In this document: in pieces, positions 1 through 9,839 of the stretch
Position numbering within the stretch: position 1 is the stretch's first letter
Layout: the number at the start of each line of letters is the position of its first letter
Translations under genes and position numbers: made by a program
Source of the DNA: an uncultured archaeon
GTDB taxonomy: Archaea; Thermoproteota; Nitrososphaeria; JACIWG01
Assembly (NCBI GenBank): GCA_938034445.1
Contig: CALHLD010000026.1
Location: forward strand, 562 to 64,561
Direction of reading: 5' to 3'
DNA length: 64,000 nucleotides
The notes under the pieces: model-generated
What the model saw: the letters and a program-made list of their open reading frames with translations, nothing else
Database searches by the model: none
Told to the model about the DNA's origin: nothing

Positions 1-695
1 CCAGCTTCATCGATGTCTGCTCTGGTCTGGTTTCCCTCTAAATATCCCCAATATGATTCTCTTGGCGGATTCTGTCTATGTACAACCATGTGGTTAAAGA
101 ATATCATGTTATATGAGGCTATTCCTGGAAGAATTATTTTTGCACCACCACCGTAGCCGGTCATAGGATGTGGAACTATGCTGCCAATACCTATTCTTAA
201 ATCACAAGAATTATATTCTGAATTTATCTCAACCGGTGTCCCTTTGCTTGTTTTACCAACATACGTGCAATTTGAGAAAGGATTATGATTATATACCGGA
301 TAGTTTTTTACAACATCTTCACCCAACTTTTTGGAAAAGTCATCTCTATACCATGCTCCATGTAAGCCTCCGCCCATAATAAACCTGATACGCTCGTCAG
401 AAATGCCTGTCTCCTTTAACTCTCTTAAAACATAGGGTATAATCTGATACGCTCTTGTGACTCGAGTCATGTCATCAACAACGATGACGACATCCTTTTT
501 CCCTTCAGCGAGTTTTCTAAGCGGCTTTGTTCCGATAGGCTCACGTAGTGCTCGCACAATTTCCTCGCTTTTAACCAAAGGTTTATTGTAGCCTTTCATA
601 GGCAAAAATGAAACTTGCCATTCCTCTGGAAATAGTAGTTCTTGCATCTTTTGTCCATACCATGCCAATGTTGGAACCTCAAACCTTTTGTACAT
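1..695 (-). CDS. LarA-like nickel-pincer lactate racemase family protein (DUF2088), N-terminal part; 3' end beyond window start
   Basis: Minus-strand ORF starting at the ATG at 695 (MYKRFEVPTLAW...). I checked the reading frame by hand. Translation contains EPIGTKPLRKLAEGKKDVVIVVDDMTRVT, ERIRFIMGGGLHG and GGGAKIILPGIASYNMIFFNH. These match remembered LarA motifs (DPIGS..L..LA.GK..VVI..D.TR; ARIRILVATG.H; FSGGRKSVLPGIASY). Confidence 0.7.
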   Translation of the reverse strand, partial: MYKRFEVPTLAWYGQKMQELLFPEEWQVSFLPMKGYNKPLVKSEEIVRALREPIGTKPLRKLAEGKKDVVIVVDDMTRVTRAYQIIPYVLRELKETGISDERIRFIMGGGLHGAWYRDDFSKKLGEDVVKNYPVYNHNPFSNCTYVGKTSKGTPVEINSEYNSCDLRIGIGSIVPHPMTGYGGGAKIILPGIASYNMIFFNHMVVHRQNPPRESYWGYLEGNQTRADIDEA

Positions 696-747
696 AATTA
701 ATATTCATCTCCTCAAAACCACTATATTTTCTCATACTATAAAACCT

Positions 748-1755
748 TTAACCTCTCCTATCCTTCCCACCTTTTCTTATTCTATAATTGAAAATTAATA
801 TTAAGGTGAACGATGCCAAAATAATTAAAATTGTTGGTGTAAGCCAATAAAATTTTTGAGTAGAAAGATTTTCTTCTTCACTTATTTTATCGTAGGCTGA
901 AATTGTGATAGTATGCTGTCCCTCAATATTATCCAATAAAATGGTTGTAATATTTTGGTTTTTTAATAATTTTCCATCAAATTTCTTTCCATCTAAAGCA
1001 AAATCTAGTTGACTATAATATTTTTCATTTTCTACAAAAAGATTTATTAAGAATTTTGAGTTTGAATAAAAATCAATTTTTATTACTAAAACATTTCCAT
1101 TATATCCATAAAATATATTACTGATTCTTCCAGTAGTGAACCCAGCAACATTTATCTTGTAACTTTCGAAATTTAGGTCAAATATTCTATCACTCAAAAT
1201 TGTTTCAGGACAAGCTGGCATTCTTCCCTCATCAGAATATCCTAGAGATTCCCACAAACCTTTATAATCATAGTCTATGACTTCTATTCGTGAAATGTGT
1301 GTAACCCACTTGTAACCCCACCTGCAGGGTAAAATTATACGATAACCTCCTTCTCTACCTACAATTTCAGACAATATTGTTCCATTTGCCTCTAACGCTA
1401 AAATAACTGTTGGATCTAAAGCTTCTCTTAAAGTTATACTTGATGTAAAACCATCTGAGGCATAGAATAGAACTTCTTTGGCATTATCCTTAAGTTTTGC
1501 CTTGGAAAGTAAGTAAATTAACGGCACACCTGTCCAATTAAATTTTGCAACCTTATATCCCTCAACACACCAAAGCTCAACTATCTCCCAAACTTGTGGA
1601 AAGTTTCTCAACTCATCATAGGAAATTTTTAGTGGATTTTCTACTAATCCTTCAACAGTAAGTTCTTTAGGCTCCTCTAACGAATTGACCATACTGTTTA
1701 GGTTAGAGGATAAAACTATTGCTATAATTAGAAAAATAATGTTCTTTTTATTCAA
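748..1755 (-). CDS. molybdopterin-dependent oxidoreductase (sulfite-oxidase/YedY-like Mo-binding domain) with N-terminal signal peptide and C-terminal TM anchor
   Basis: 335-aa ORF. Motifs WTGVPLIYLL, DGFTSSITLREAL, LALEANGTILSEIVGREGGYRIILPCRWGYKWVTHISRIEVID fit the Oxidored_molyb fold. Hydrophobic N-terminus and a C-terminal hydrophobic stretch followed by basic residues. Confidence 0.65.
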   Translation of the reverse strand: MNKKNIIFLIIAIVLSSNLNSMVNSLEEPKELTVEGLVENPLKISYDELRNFPQVWEIVELWCVEGYKVAKFNWTGVPLIYLLSKAKLKDNAKEVLFYASDGFTSSITLREALDPTVILALEANGTILSEIVGREGGYRIILPCRWGYKWVTHISRIEVIDYDYKGLWESLGYSDEGRMPACPETILSDRIFDLNFESYKINVAGFTTGRISNIFYGYNGNVLVIKIDFYSNSKFLINLFVENEKYYSQLDFALDGKKFDGKLLKNQNITTILLDNIEGQHTITISAYDKISEEENLSTQKFYWLTPTILIILASFTLILIFNYRIRKGGKDRRG

Positions 1756-1872
1756 GCTTACACAATTTGACTATACTGTACCCGCTTATAATATTTTCTA
1801 AAAAACTGTTTTTATAAAGTTCAGAAAGTATAAAAAAGTGATAGCATATTATATTGGCATGAGGTGTAGGAT

Positions 1873-3510
1873 TTGAAGGTTAAGGAAGCGATTGTTAACA
1901 TTTTAAAGATGGAGGGTGTGAACTTTGTTACATGCTTTCCGCCAAACAAGCTGATAAATCCATGTGCCGAAAATGGTATAAGAACAATTTTAGTCCGCCA
2001 AGAAAGGGTTGCAATAAACATTGCTGATGGTTTTGCGCGTGTAAGCTTTAAGCCTGGTTTAGTCCTTGTCGCAGGGGGTGTAGGTATAGAAAATGCTTTC
2101 TCAGGAATCTCACAAGCTTACTCTGATATGGTGCCAATTCTTGTTTTTGTAGACCAATCTTCTACTGACAGAATCGGTACGAGACCAATACAAGACTTTG
2201 ATGCATTATTCACATTACATAAAGTAACCAAGTGGGTTGAACGAATAAATTCTGTGAAACAGACAGAAGAATTTATGCGGAGAGCGTTTACATATTTGCG
2301 TTCAGGCAAAACTGGTCCAGTGGTGCTAGAGCTTCCAGAAGATTTAGCTGAAGAAAATATGGTTACAGAATTATCTTATAAGCCTGTTAAAGGTTGGAAA
2401 TGTGCGGGAGACCCTGAAGATATTAGAACTGCTGTGAAAGCCTTATCTTCAGCTAAAAACCCACTTCTTTATGTTGGTGAAGGCGCCTTTTATGCCAAAG
2501 CTTGGGATGAAGTTAAAGAATTTGCTGAACTACTACGTTTACCTGTTATGACGACATTGAAGGCTAAGAGTATCTTTCCAGAAGATCATCCACTTTCTGT
2601 TGGTGTTGGCGGTAGAGTTGGCAGTAAGGTTGCTGCACACTTTCTAAAAAAGGCTGATCTTGTGTTAGCTATTGGTGCAAGCTTAACCAGAGGTTTGACT
2701 ACCTCAATAATAGGTGCACCGATGCCAAGAGGAAAAATAATTGTACAGTCTACTGTTGACGAATGGGACATAAACAAAGACTATTATGCAGACTATGTTA
2801 TAGTTGGTGACGCAAAGCTTGTGCTAAGACAGCTTATCGAAGAAGTTAAGAGACAGAATGTTAAGCTTTCTGGAAGAGAAGGGTTAGAGGATGAAATTAG
2901 AAGGTTAAAGGAAGAATGGTTAAAAGAATGGATGCCAAAACTTACTTCAAATGAAGTGCCCATAAACCCGTACCGTGTTATATGGGAAATTGTTCAAACG
3001 GTTGATAGAAAAAATACTATAATAACACATGATGCAGGCTGTCCAAGAGATCATCTAGCACCATTCTATGAAGCAATAATACCAAGAGGATATTTGGGCT
3101 GGGGTCATCATAGTACGCTAGGCTACTCACTTGGTGGTGCAATGGGCGCAAAACTCGCTTGCCCAGATAAGACTGTAATAAATGTTGTAGGTGACGCTGG
3201 GTTTGGAATGGTGGGCATGGATTTCGAAACAGCGGTACGGGAAAATATACCAATACTAACTGTTCTATTAAACAATTCTGGAATGGGTACATATTTTGAA
3301 TGGACACCTTCTACATCTAAACTTTCAGGCAAATATGCGGAGGTTGCAGAAGCTTTAGGCGGATACAGTGAAAGAATTGAAAAACCAGATGAAATTTCAT
3401 CCGCCCTAAAAAGGGCTATAAAGGAGACTAAAAATGGGAAACCAGCCCTTGTTGAAATAATAACAAAGGTTGATGTAGAGTTTCAAACAAAGTATTGGAA
3501 AGACATTTAA
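1873..3510 (+). CDS. thiamine-pyrophosphate-dependent enzyme, acetolactate synthase large subunit / sulfoacetaldehyde acetyltransferase family
   Basis: 545 aa. The N-terminal TPP_N-like region (VNFVTCFPPNKL..ILVRQERVAINIADGFARVS) and the C-terminal GDAGFGMVGMDFETAVRENIPILTVLLNNSGMG TPP-binding motif are both present. Confidence 0.8.
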   Translation: MKVKEAIVNILKMEGVNFVTCFPPNKLINPCAENGIRTILVRQERVAINIADGFARVSFKPGLVLVAGGVGIENAFSGISQAYSDMVPILVFVDQSSTDRIGTRPIQDFDALFTLHKVTKWVERINSVKQTEEFMRRAFTYLRSGKTGPVVLELPEDLAEENMVTELSYKPVKGWKCAGDPEDIRTAVKALSSAKNPLLYVGEGAFYAKAWDEVKEFAELLRLPVMTTLKAKSIFPEDHPLSVGVGGRVGSKVAAHFLKKADLVLAIGASLTRGLTTSIIGAPMPRGKIIVQSTVDEWDINKDYYADYVIVGDAKLVLRQLIEEVKRQNVKLSGREGLEDEIRRLKEEWLKEWMPKLTSNEVPINPYRVIWEIVQTVDRKNTIITHDAGCPRDHLAPFYEAIIPRGYLGWGHHSTLGYSLGGAMGAKLACPDKTVINVVGDAGFGMVGMDFETAVRENIPILTVLLNNSGMGTYFEWTPSTSKLSGKYAEVAEALGGYSERIEKPDEISSALKRAIKETKNGKPALVEIITKVDVEFQTKYWKDI

Positions 3511-3511
3511 C

Positions 3512-4195
3512 TTAAATAAAGTTAATTAACTCCATCAAACTTTTAACTTTTTTAACCCTCAATTCCCTAATTTTATCTTCCCTATCAACTAATATTGCAT
3601 TTATGCCCGCGTTTACTGCACCAAGATAATCGTTTTCTAGGGAATCGCCAACGAACAACGTCCTCTCTTTCTCCAACCCATATTTCTCAAGTGTTTTAAC
3701 GAAAATTTCTTTTTCAGGCTTAACACATTTGAATGTGTCTATACCAACCTTTATCTTAAAATATTCTCTAATACCCGTTATACCTAAAATGTGTTCAATA
3801 TCGCTTTCAAGAGAGTTTGAGATAACTCCCAAGACAATACCGTTTCTATATAATTTTAATAACGTTTCCATAACATCTTGATATAATACTATGTTTACAT
3901 GATCCCACCACATCCTATCCATTACATCAGCAATCTCTTCCACATTACCTCTAACCCCAAGCTTTTCAAGTAATCTGAGATTAAAGTTTATCCAAAATCT
4001 TCCCCCCATTAAAATGATTTCCTTTAAAATTGTTGGATTGTTTAGTTCATCATAAACCTTAGCAATATCCTCAACTTTTATTGTAACATTATACTTTCTT
4101 AGAATTTTATTATAAACTCCTGCAACTTCCAATATGTCTGAACCTTTTATTAACGTTCCCCCTAGGTCGAATAAGACTGTAGTAATTTTTGGCAC
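3512..4195 (-). CDS. HAD-superfamily hydrolase
   Basis: 227 aa. Motif I VLFDLGGTL. C-terminal FVGDSLENDYLGAVNAGINAILVDR, typical HAD motifs III/IV. Confidence 0.7.
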   Translation of the reverse strand: MPKITTVLFDLGGTLIKGSDILEVAGVYNKILRKYNVTIKVEDIAKVYDELNNPTILKEIILMGGRFWINFNLRLLEKLGVRGNVEEIADVMDRMWWDHVNIVLYQDVMETLLKLYRNGIVLGVISNSLESDIEHILGITGIREYFKIKVGIDTFKCVKPEKEIFVKTLEKYGLEKERTLFVGDSLENDYLGAVNAGINAILVDREDKIRELRVKKVKSLMELINFI

Positions 4196-4254
4196 ATCCG
4201 TCTTTACATTATAATGTATAATAAATTTTTTAAATTTAACAAAATTCAGTAATA

Positions 4255-4262
4255 TTTATATA
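4255..4262 (+). promoter_or_regulatory. TATA-like box (TTTATATA) about 32 nt upstream of the PadR start, consistent with a leaderless transcript
   Basis: Sequence taatatttatatagtttta lies upstream of the ATG at 4294. The spacing fits an archaeal BRE/TATA at about -26 from the transcription start. Confidence 0.4.
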
Positions 4263-4277
4263 GTTTTATATCGGGGT

Positions 4278-4293
4278 CGATATCGATATTGAT
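4278..4293. promoter_or_regulatory. palindromic candidate operator (GTCGATATCGATATTGATAT; core ATATCGATAT / TCGATATCGA) abutting the PadR start codon
   Basis: Perfect 10-nt palindromes seen directly between the TATA-like box and the ATG at 4294. PadR regulators typically autoregulate through inverted repeats. Confidence 0.4.
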
Positions 4294-4833
4294 ATGATGC
4301 ATAGGCACTGGGAAAAGCACACTGCATGTGTTCCAAAAGGCTTCCTAAGATTAACTATACTAAAGCTTTTAAATGAAAGGGAACTTTCTGGTTCGGAAAT
4401 AATGGATATAATAGAGAGGGAAACTAAAGGTCTTTGGAGGCCTAGTCCTGGTTCAGTTTATCCATTACTTGCATGGTTAGTGTATAAGGGGTTTATTAAA
4501 GAATCTCAAAAGAGTGAAAATGGTATGAAAAGGTACACGCTTACAGAGGAAGGGAAAGCTTTTCTAAAAAATGCAAGGGATGTGATTATGGATTTCGGTT
4601 CATTAAAATTTATGATTCCTACGCTAATAAGCCAATTTGGTATAACGCCTAGGGAAGAAGATCTTCAACTTAAAGCATATTTGACTAGATTTTTTAGTGA
4701 CCTCATCAATTTTAGAAAAGACTTTGAAGTTAACCCTTCTAAACAAAAGTTTGAGGAAGTCTGTACAATTATCAGAGAAGCTTGTGAGAGAATTGAAAAC
4801 GTTTTAGATCAGGATGATAAAGTTAATGGTTAA
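4294..4833 (+). CDS. PadR-family transcriptional regulator
   Basis: 179 aa. LTILKLLNERELSGSEIMDIIERETKGLWRPSPGSVYPLLAWLVYKGFI is a canonical PadR winged-HTH. It is the first gene of an operon with an ABC exporter. Confidence 0.75.
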   Translation: MMHRHWEKHTACVPKGFLRLTILKLLNERELSGSEIMDIIERETKGLWRPSPGSVYPLLAWLVYKGFIKESQKSENGMKRYTLTEEGKAFLKNARDVIMDFGSLKFMIPTLISQFGITPREEDLQLKAYLTRFFSDLINFRKDFEVNPSKQKFEEVCTIIREACERIENVLDQDDKVNG

Positions 4834-4845
4834 GGTGAATATTGT

Positions 4846-5844
4846 ATGCATCTTGTAGAGGTTAAAGGTTTAACAAAAATTTTTAACGGCACTATAAAGG
4901 CTGTGGACAATGTTAGCTTTGAAGTTGATGAAGGTGAAATCTTTGGTCTCCTTGGTCCAAATGGTGCCGGTAAGACTACGATAATAAATATGCTGACTAC
5001 TGTACTGAAACCTACCTCTGGAACAGCATTAATAGGTGGATATGATATTGTAAAGCAGTCTAAAGAAGTTAGACAGTTGATCGGCGTTGTGCCCCAAGAG
5101 TATACTGCTGACGAGGATTTGACAGGCTACGAGAACGCGCTATTGTGTGCAGACCTATACGGTATTACAAGAAGTTTATCAAAACAGAGGATAAATGAGC
5201 TTTTTAAGCTAGTGGAGCTTGAAAATGCTGCACACAGGCTTGTAGAAACATATTCTGGTGGAATGAGAAGAAGACTTGAACTTGTTTGTGGTCTAGTGAG
5301 TAGACCTAAGCTACTTTTTTTGGATGAGCCCACTTTAGGTCTTGATGTCCAAACCAGGGCCGCAATATGGAATTATATACGGAGATTAAAGGACGAATAT
5401 AATATGACCATATTTCTGACAACACATTATATGGAAGAAGCTGACTCACTATGCGATAGGATAGCAATAATAGACCATGGTCATGTACTAAAAATAGGTT
5501 CTCCTATCGAATTAAAAAATAGTATTGGAGGCGATATTATAGAAATTGAAGTGAAAGAGGATGCGGATGATTTGTCAAAAATTTTGTTAGATATAAAGCA
5601 TGTTAAAAATGTAAAAAGGAACAATTCAACCTACATCGTTAGAGCAGAGTTAGGCGAGGAAGTTGCACCCGAGATTATTGAGGCAATTAGGGCTAAAGGT
5701 TTACATATTTCAAAGATATCTCTAACAAAACCTACACTAGATGAAGTATACTTAGAGTATACTGGTCGAAAGCTTAGAGATGCGCAAGCAAACTGGGAAG
5801 AGATTGCCTCAATAAGAAGAACGATAAAGAGGGCTAGATCCTGA
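4846..5844 (+). CDS. ABC transporter ATP-binding protein (DrrA/ABC-2 type)
   Basis: 332 aa. Walker A GPNGAGKTT. Signature YSGGMRRRLEL. Walker B LLFLDEPTLGLD. Confidence 0.9.
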   Translation: MHLVEVKGLTKIFNGTIKAVDNVSFEVDEGEIFGLLGPNGAGKTTIINMLTTVLKPTSGTALIGGYDIVKQSKEVRQLIGVVPQEYTADEDLTGYENALLCADLYGITRSLSKQRINELFKLVELENAAHRLVETYSGGMRRRLELVCGLVSRPKLLFLDEPTLGLDVQTRAAIWNYIRRLKDEYNMTIFLTTHYMEEADSLCDRIAIIDHGHVLKIGSPIELKNSIGGDIIEIEVKEDADDLSKILLDIKHVKNVKRNNSTYIVRAELGEEVAPEIIEAIRAKGLHISKISLTKPTLDEVYLEYTGRKLRDAQANWEEIASIRRTIKRARS

Positions 5845-6743
5845 TGAGCGCACAGACTAATCTCACAGATAACAGAAATTTGGAGGTTAATGTGAGTCCC
5901 CTACATGGTCTTTGGGCTTTAACAAATAGGGAGTTGAAAAAATGGTACAAGAAACCATTTATCCTTACAATGTCCTTAGTCCAGCCTTTTATTTGGCTCG
6001 CGCTCTTCGGCAGAGCAATGAACATTAACGCAATATTCACGAGTGGATCATTCAATATACCTGGCCTAAATATTCCTAAAGAGATAATAAATCAGATATC
6101 AAAGCAGATTATGGAGTCCACATTCGGAACATCAGACTATTTCTCATTTCTTGCTGTTGGAATGCTTTCTTTTATAGCCTTGTTTACTGCAATGTTTAGT
6201 GGAATGTCAATTGTATGGGATAGACGTTTAGGTTTCCTTGGTAAGGTTCTTAGTACACCAATATCTAGGGGTATAATTCCTTTAAGTAAGGTTCTAAGTG
6301 CTGTAGTCCGTGCAATTGTTCAGGCATCAATTGTTTTAATAATAGCTGTCTTCCTAGGCTTAGACACGTCACATATTACATTGTTTAATGTTCTAGGCGC
6401 ATTTTCTGCACTTTTCCTAATGGTATTAGGTTTTTCATCTCTTTTTGTTATGCTCGCAATACGTTCTACAAGCTGGGAAACGCAGCAAGCTATAGTAAAT
6501 CTTCTTAATATGCCATTAATTTTTGCAAGCAATATAATTTTTCCAGCAAAATATATGCCAGAGTGGCTTCAGCCAATTGTTTACATAAATCCTATCAGCT
6601 ACGCAACAGACATTTCTAGACAACTACTACTAGGTTCGCCTGGAATGGCAAGTTTAGCCTTTGACTTCCTATATTTGGGCTCATTCGCTTTAACTATAAC
6701 TATAGTAGGTATTATATTGTCTTGGCACTATTTAAGCAAATAA
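5844..6743 (+). CDS. ABC-2 family transporter permease
   Basis: 299 aa. Start overlaps the stop of the ATPase gene. Six predicted TM segments, ABC-2 type layout. Confidence 0.8.
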   Translation: MSAQTNLTDNRNLEVNVSPLHGLWALTNRELKKWYKKPFILTMSLVQPFIWLALFGRAMNINAIFTSGSFNIPGLNIPKEIINQISKQIMESTFGTSDYFSFLAVGMLSFIALFTAMFSGMSIVWDRRLGFLGKVLSTPISRGIIPLSKVLSAVVRAIVQASIVLIIAVFLGLDTSHITLFNVLGAFSALFLMVLGFSSLFVMLAIRSTSWETQQAIVNLLNMPLIFASNIIFPAKYMPEWLQPIVYINPISYATDISRQLLLGSPGMASLAFDFLYLGSFALTITIVGIILSWHYLSK

Positions 6744-6758
6744 TAAAATTCATAATTT

Positions 6759-7046
6759 TTACTCTAAAATTTTCATCCAAGATTTAATATAATAAATTTC
6801 CCTAACAAGCTTATAAAGTGCATCTTGTAAAGCATATCTCATAAAATTGGTTATCTCATTATCTTTTTTAATGATTTTAAAAAGTTTGGTTTCTAAACCT
6901 TCTCCTATATTTAACAGAATCTTTGCTGTCCAAATTTGCTGTGGTAATGTTGTTTCCGTATCGACATCTTGTTTAAATGTTTTTCTTTCACCTACGCTAG
7001 AAAATCTTTCTGTAATAGTATGCAATTTACTAAAGTTAATAGCCAA
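6759..7046 (-). CDS. hypothetical protein (95 aa)
   Basis: ORF only. Lies downstream of, and co-directional with, the two secreted-protein genes. A same-size antisense ORF overlaps it, so the coding status is uncertain. Confidence 0.3.
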   Translation of the reverse strand: MAINFSKLHTITERFSSVGERKTFKQDVDTETTLPQQIWTAKILLNIGEGLETKLFKIIKKDNEITNFMRYALQDALYKLVREIYYIKSWMKILE

Positions 7047-7292
7047 TATTAGATCGCCTAAAAGGCCTAATTTTCCTCTAACATAGGTGTTCGTGGATTT
7101 AAATCCTCCTCCACCTTAGCACCTCTACTTCTAGTACAGTTTCCATATTCGCTGATTTCTGTATCTTTTCCTACCTATTTCGACTGCAATCCCCAGCTGA
7201 GCAGTATTCATACCAAAGTAGGTACAAGTCCATCAATTCAGCTCTTTCCAGTCTTTTGGATGACTCTTGTATTTCTACCTATTTCTCCTCAG

Positions 7293-8090
7293 CTATGGAT
7301 CTGGAGGAAAATATTCATTATCGCCAGTGTAAGTTGTGCTCCAAAGACATGTGCCTGCGGAGTAGTGTGTTCCCCCATTGAATCCTATTTTGACAACGTT
7401 AGGTCTATATACGTAGATTAGCATCGACGAGGGAGATGACTGGTCGTACACGTAAGTTGAACCGGAATTTCTCCTCCCTGTTGATAGCACTTGGGCCCAC
7501 AACGCTATCTGGTCAACATAGATATTGCCAAAGCCAGTTGTTTGGCCTGATTCAGCTATTCCTCCAACGTTGCCTGAAAGCCTACCGTAGGCTACGGAGT
7601 GAACTTTTACATAAATGGCAACTCCAGTTGAACTCTTTGTAAACATGAATGTTATACAGCCCAAAGACGGATAGACGGCTATACTAAAATAAATAGGATC
7701 AGAGGCACTCCATCCTGCTGGAGGTAGCACACCATTACCTTGATAGCCTATTCCAGGCTTGTAGTACGTCCAGAACATAGCCCATGAATGCGGAGGAATT
7801 AAAGTCTTTCCACCACTTATTGAAAGGTAGACATCAAGGCCATTGTATATGTACCCATTTTGTACGAACACACCGTCAGTTGTGGTAGAAGACATCCAGA
7901 AGAAAAATACGGCTTGATTTGGTGAAGTTGACCAACGCATACCTTGAGTGGGCATCTCTATGGAATCATATTGAGATGTCGTTGGTTGCATTGAGGTACC
8001 ATATTGCCACGCTTTCACAGACGATAGAGAAAGCAACAAAAGCGATATCGTAGTGAGCAGCAATATTGAAAGAAGCTTATTGCTTAACAT
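7293..8090 (-). CDS. secreted hypothetical protein (signal peptide; beta-rich, Ser/Thr/Gly/Tyr-rich, lectin/glucanase-like composition)
   Basis: 265 aa. N-terminal LLSILLLTTISLLLLSLSSVKA signal-like segment. G+C visibly higher than the neighbouring genes. Confidence 0.5.
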   Translation of the reverse strand: MLSNKLLSILLLTTISLLLLSLSSVKAWQYGTSMQPTTSQYDSIEMPTQGMRWSTSPNQAVFFFWMSSTTTDGVFVQNGYIYNGLDVYLSISGGKTLIPPHSWAMFWTYYKPGIGYQGNGVLPPAGWSASDPIYFSIAVYPSLGCITFMFTKSSTGVAIYVKVHSVAYGRLSGNVGGIAESGQTTGFGNIYVDQIALWAQVLSTGRRNSGSTYVYDQSSPSSMLIYVYRPNVVKIGFNGGTHYSAGTCLWSTTYTGDNEYFPPDP

Positions 8091-8098
8091 ATTTACCT

Positions 8099-8674
8099 CT
8101 ATTTTACCTCTATTGTTCCTCTTACAGCCAGTTCCTTATCTTCCACTTCGAACATTATGGTGAATGAGTATAATCCTGGGCTGACTTCCACATTACCAGC
8201 CGTGGGACTCCTTTTCGCCTCCCATTCAAGATAGAAAACATAGTCTTGGGGCGGATTCTCTCCAGTGGCCAGGGTTCTGTGAGGCAGCCAAATACACACG
8301 TCGTAAACCTTTTCTTCATTGGAGTTTGCTACAGTAAATCTTGCTAGACTAACATTCCAAGCTTTTGGTCCTGTAAGGTTAATTCTCATCCGTAGTGTTT
8401 CCCCAGTTTTCACGCTTGAACTTGAAAGAAAGACATTTACTCCCAAGCTCTCTAAGCTACTTGTGAATCTTGGACCGTTGAATTCTGCTGGAGCGACAGT
8501 GATAGTTCGGTTTTCCCCGTTAATTGTTTTGTTTCCGCTAATAGTCATAGTTCCAGTGCTTATGGTTACATGAGTATCTTGAGAGTTAAACCCTTTAAAA
8601 CTCAGCGTGATGCCAACACCTGTAACTAAGAGTACAACAAGAAAACACAAGACAATATGCGTTCTGCCGAACAT
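8099..8674 (-). CDS. secreted/membrane-anchored hypothetical protein
   Basis: 191 aa. N-terminal hydrophobic segment IVLCFLVVLLVTGVGITL followed by several N-x-T/S sequons. Same G+C-elevated patch. Confidence 0.5.
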   Translation of the reverse strand: MFGRTHIVLCFLVVLLVTGVGITLSFKGFNSQDTHVTISTGTMTISGNKTINGENRTITVAPAEFNGPRFTSSLESLGVNVFLSSSSVKTGETLRMRINLTGPKAWNVSLARFTVANSNEEKVYDVCIWLPHRTLATGENPPQDYVFYLEWEAKRSPTAGNVEVSPGLYSFTIMFEVEDKELAVRGTIEVK

Positions 8675-9189
8675 AACACTTACTCTCCAAGGACAGCATA
8701 AGATGAATCAGCTTATAAGTTTTCGAACAATTTTTATTAAAATAAATGTTCCCGATAGTGATTTTCTAGAAAAAGATAAGGAAGTTCAGAGTTAGATAAA
8801 CGATTCTTGCAGACGTTGTTTGTTCGAACCATTATTGAGCGAAAACCAGCCATTTCGTAAGTACAAGCAAAAAGTTAAATGATTGGCAGGAGGCGCATGT
8901 TTGAGATTATCAAGAAAGAATTTGCCGGAAAATTCATGCGAAATCCACATAGCACAGTCGCACACACGCATAAGCGTTTGATGGCCCAAAAGAGATTTGA
9001 ACTTCCATTTCCTTCTGTCGATGTTTTAAGCAGCCGTTTCTAACTTAGGGCTTAAAACAGGATTTTAATCTACGCAGCCTACTACGGTTATTTTTGTTTA
9101 TGGAAGAGCACAAGATTCTAGGACGTTGTGCAGACATAGTTGAATCCATCTTCGACAAGTTAGTATGCTTCTTCAACATTTTTCCAATT

Positions 9190-9762
9190 TCAATATTGTG
9201 GTCTTAAAAACATTTTGTCAGTAGGCTTATATTGATACGGTTGCCCAAATACTTCACTATAAGCTAAGTTATTTACTCCCCTCCTTGGTGTTATCATGGG
9301 CTCCTCATCTGGATATCCTACTGGAATTATTGCTACAGGTTTCAGTTCCCTCACATCTACACACTTACTCACTTCTTCATCATTAAATGCTCCAACCCAA
9401 ACACTACCAAGTCCTAAAGCTGTTGCTGCAAGTTGCAAATATGAGGCTGCAATCGTAGCATCTTGTAGACAATAAAGGTCTATACCACGTTTACCGTATC
9501 TTCTTGCAGACCTTTTTGGGTTGCTTAAAAATACAAATACGACGGGCGCTTCTGTAATAAACTCTTGGCCTAATGCGGCTTCAGATAATCTTCTCTTTCT
9601 ATCCTCATCCTTTACTACAATAATCTCGTAAGCTTGTAGGTCTCCTGCTGAAGGTGCAAGATTCGCAACCTCTAAGAGCCTGTTTATCTTCCATTCTTCA
9701 ACAGGATCTTTTTTAAACGCTCTAACTGAACGTCTCCTAATAATGGTTTCAAAAAACTCCAT
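9190..9762 (-). CDS. nitroreductase-family protein
   Basis: 190 aa. IIRRRSVRAFKKDPV...LAPSAGDLQAYEIIVVKD is a classic nitroreductase N-terminus. Confidence 0.8.
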   Translation of the reverse strand: MEFFETIIRRRSVRAFKKDPVEEWKINRLLEVANLAPSAGDLQAYEIIVVKDEDRKRRLSEAALGQEFITEAPVVFVFLSNPKRSARRYGKRGIDLYCLQDATIAASYLQLAATALGLGSVWVGAFNDEEVSKCVDVRELKPVAIIPVGYPDEEPMITPRRGVNNLAYSEVFGQPYQYKPTDKMFLRPQY

Positions 9763-9839
9763 ATAAAAACCATTCTTCTAAATAATATAAAAATATTTTT
9801 AAACACAATATCTTTAAATTTTTTAGAGTTTGAGCTCAA

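Noticed and set aside
170-379. 69-aa plus-strand ORF
   Set aside because: Lies entirely antisense within the LarA-like gene, whose frame I verified by hand. Low-complexity translation.
8792-8989. 65-aa minus-strand ORF in the 8.7-9.2 kb gap
   Set aside because: Cys/His-rich odd composition and no promoter-like context. Two shorter plus-strand ORFs overlap it. Cannot be supported as a gene.
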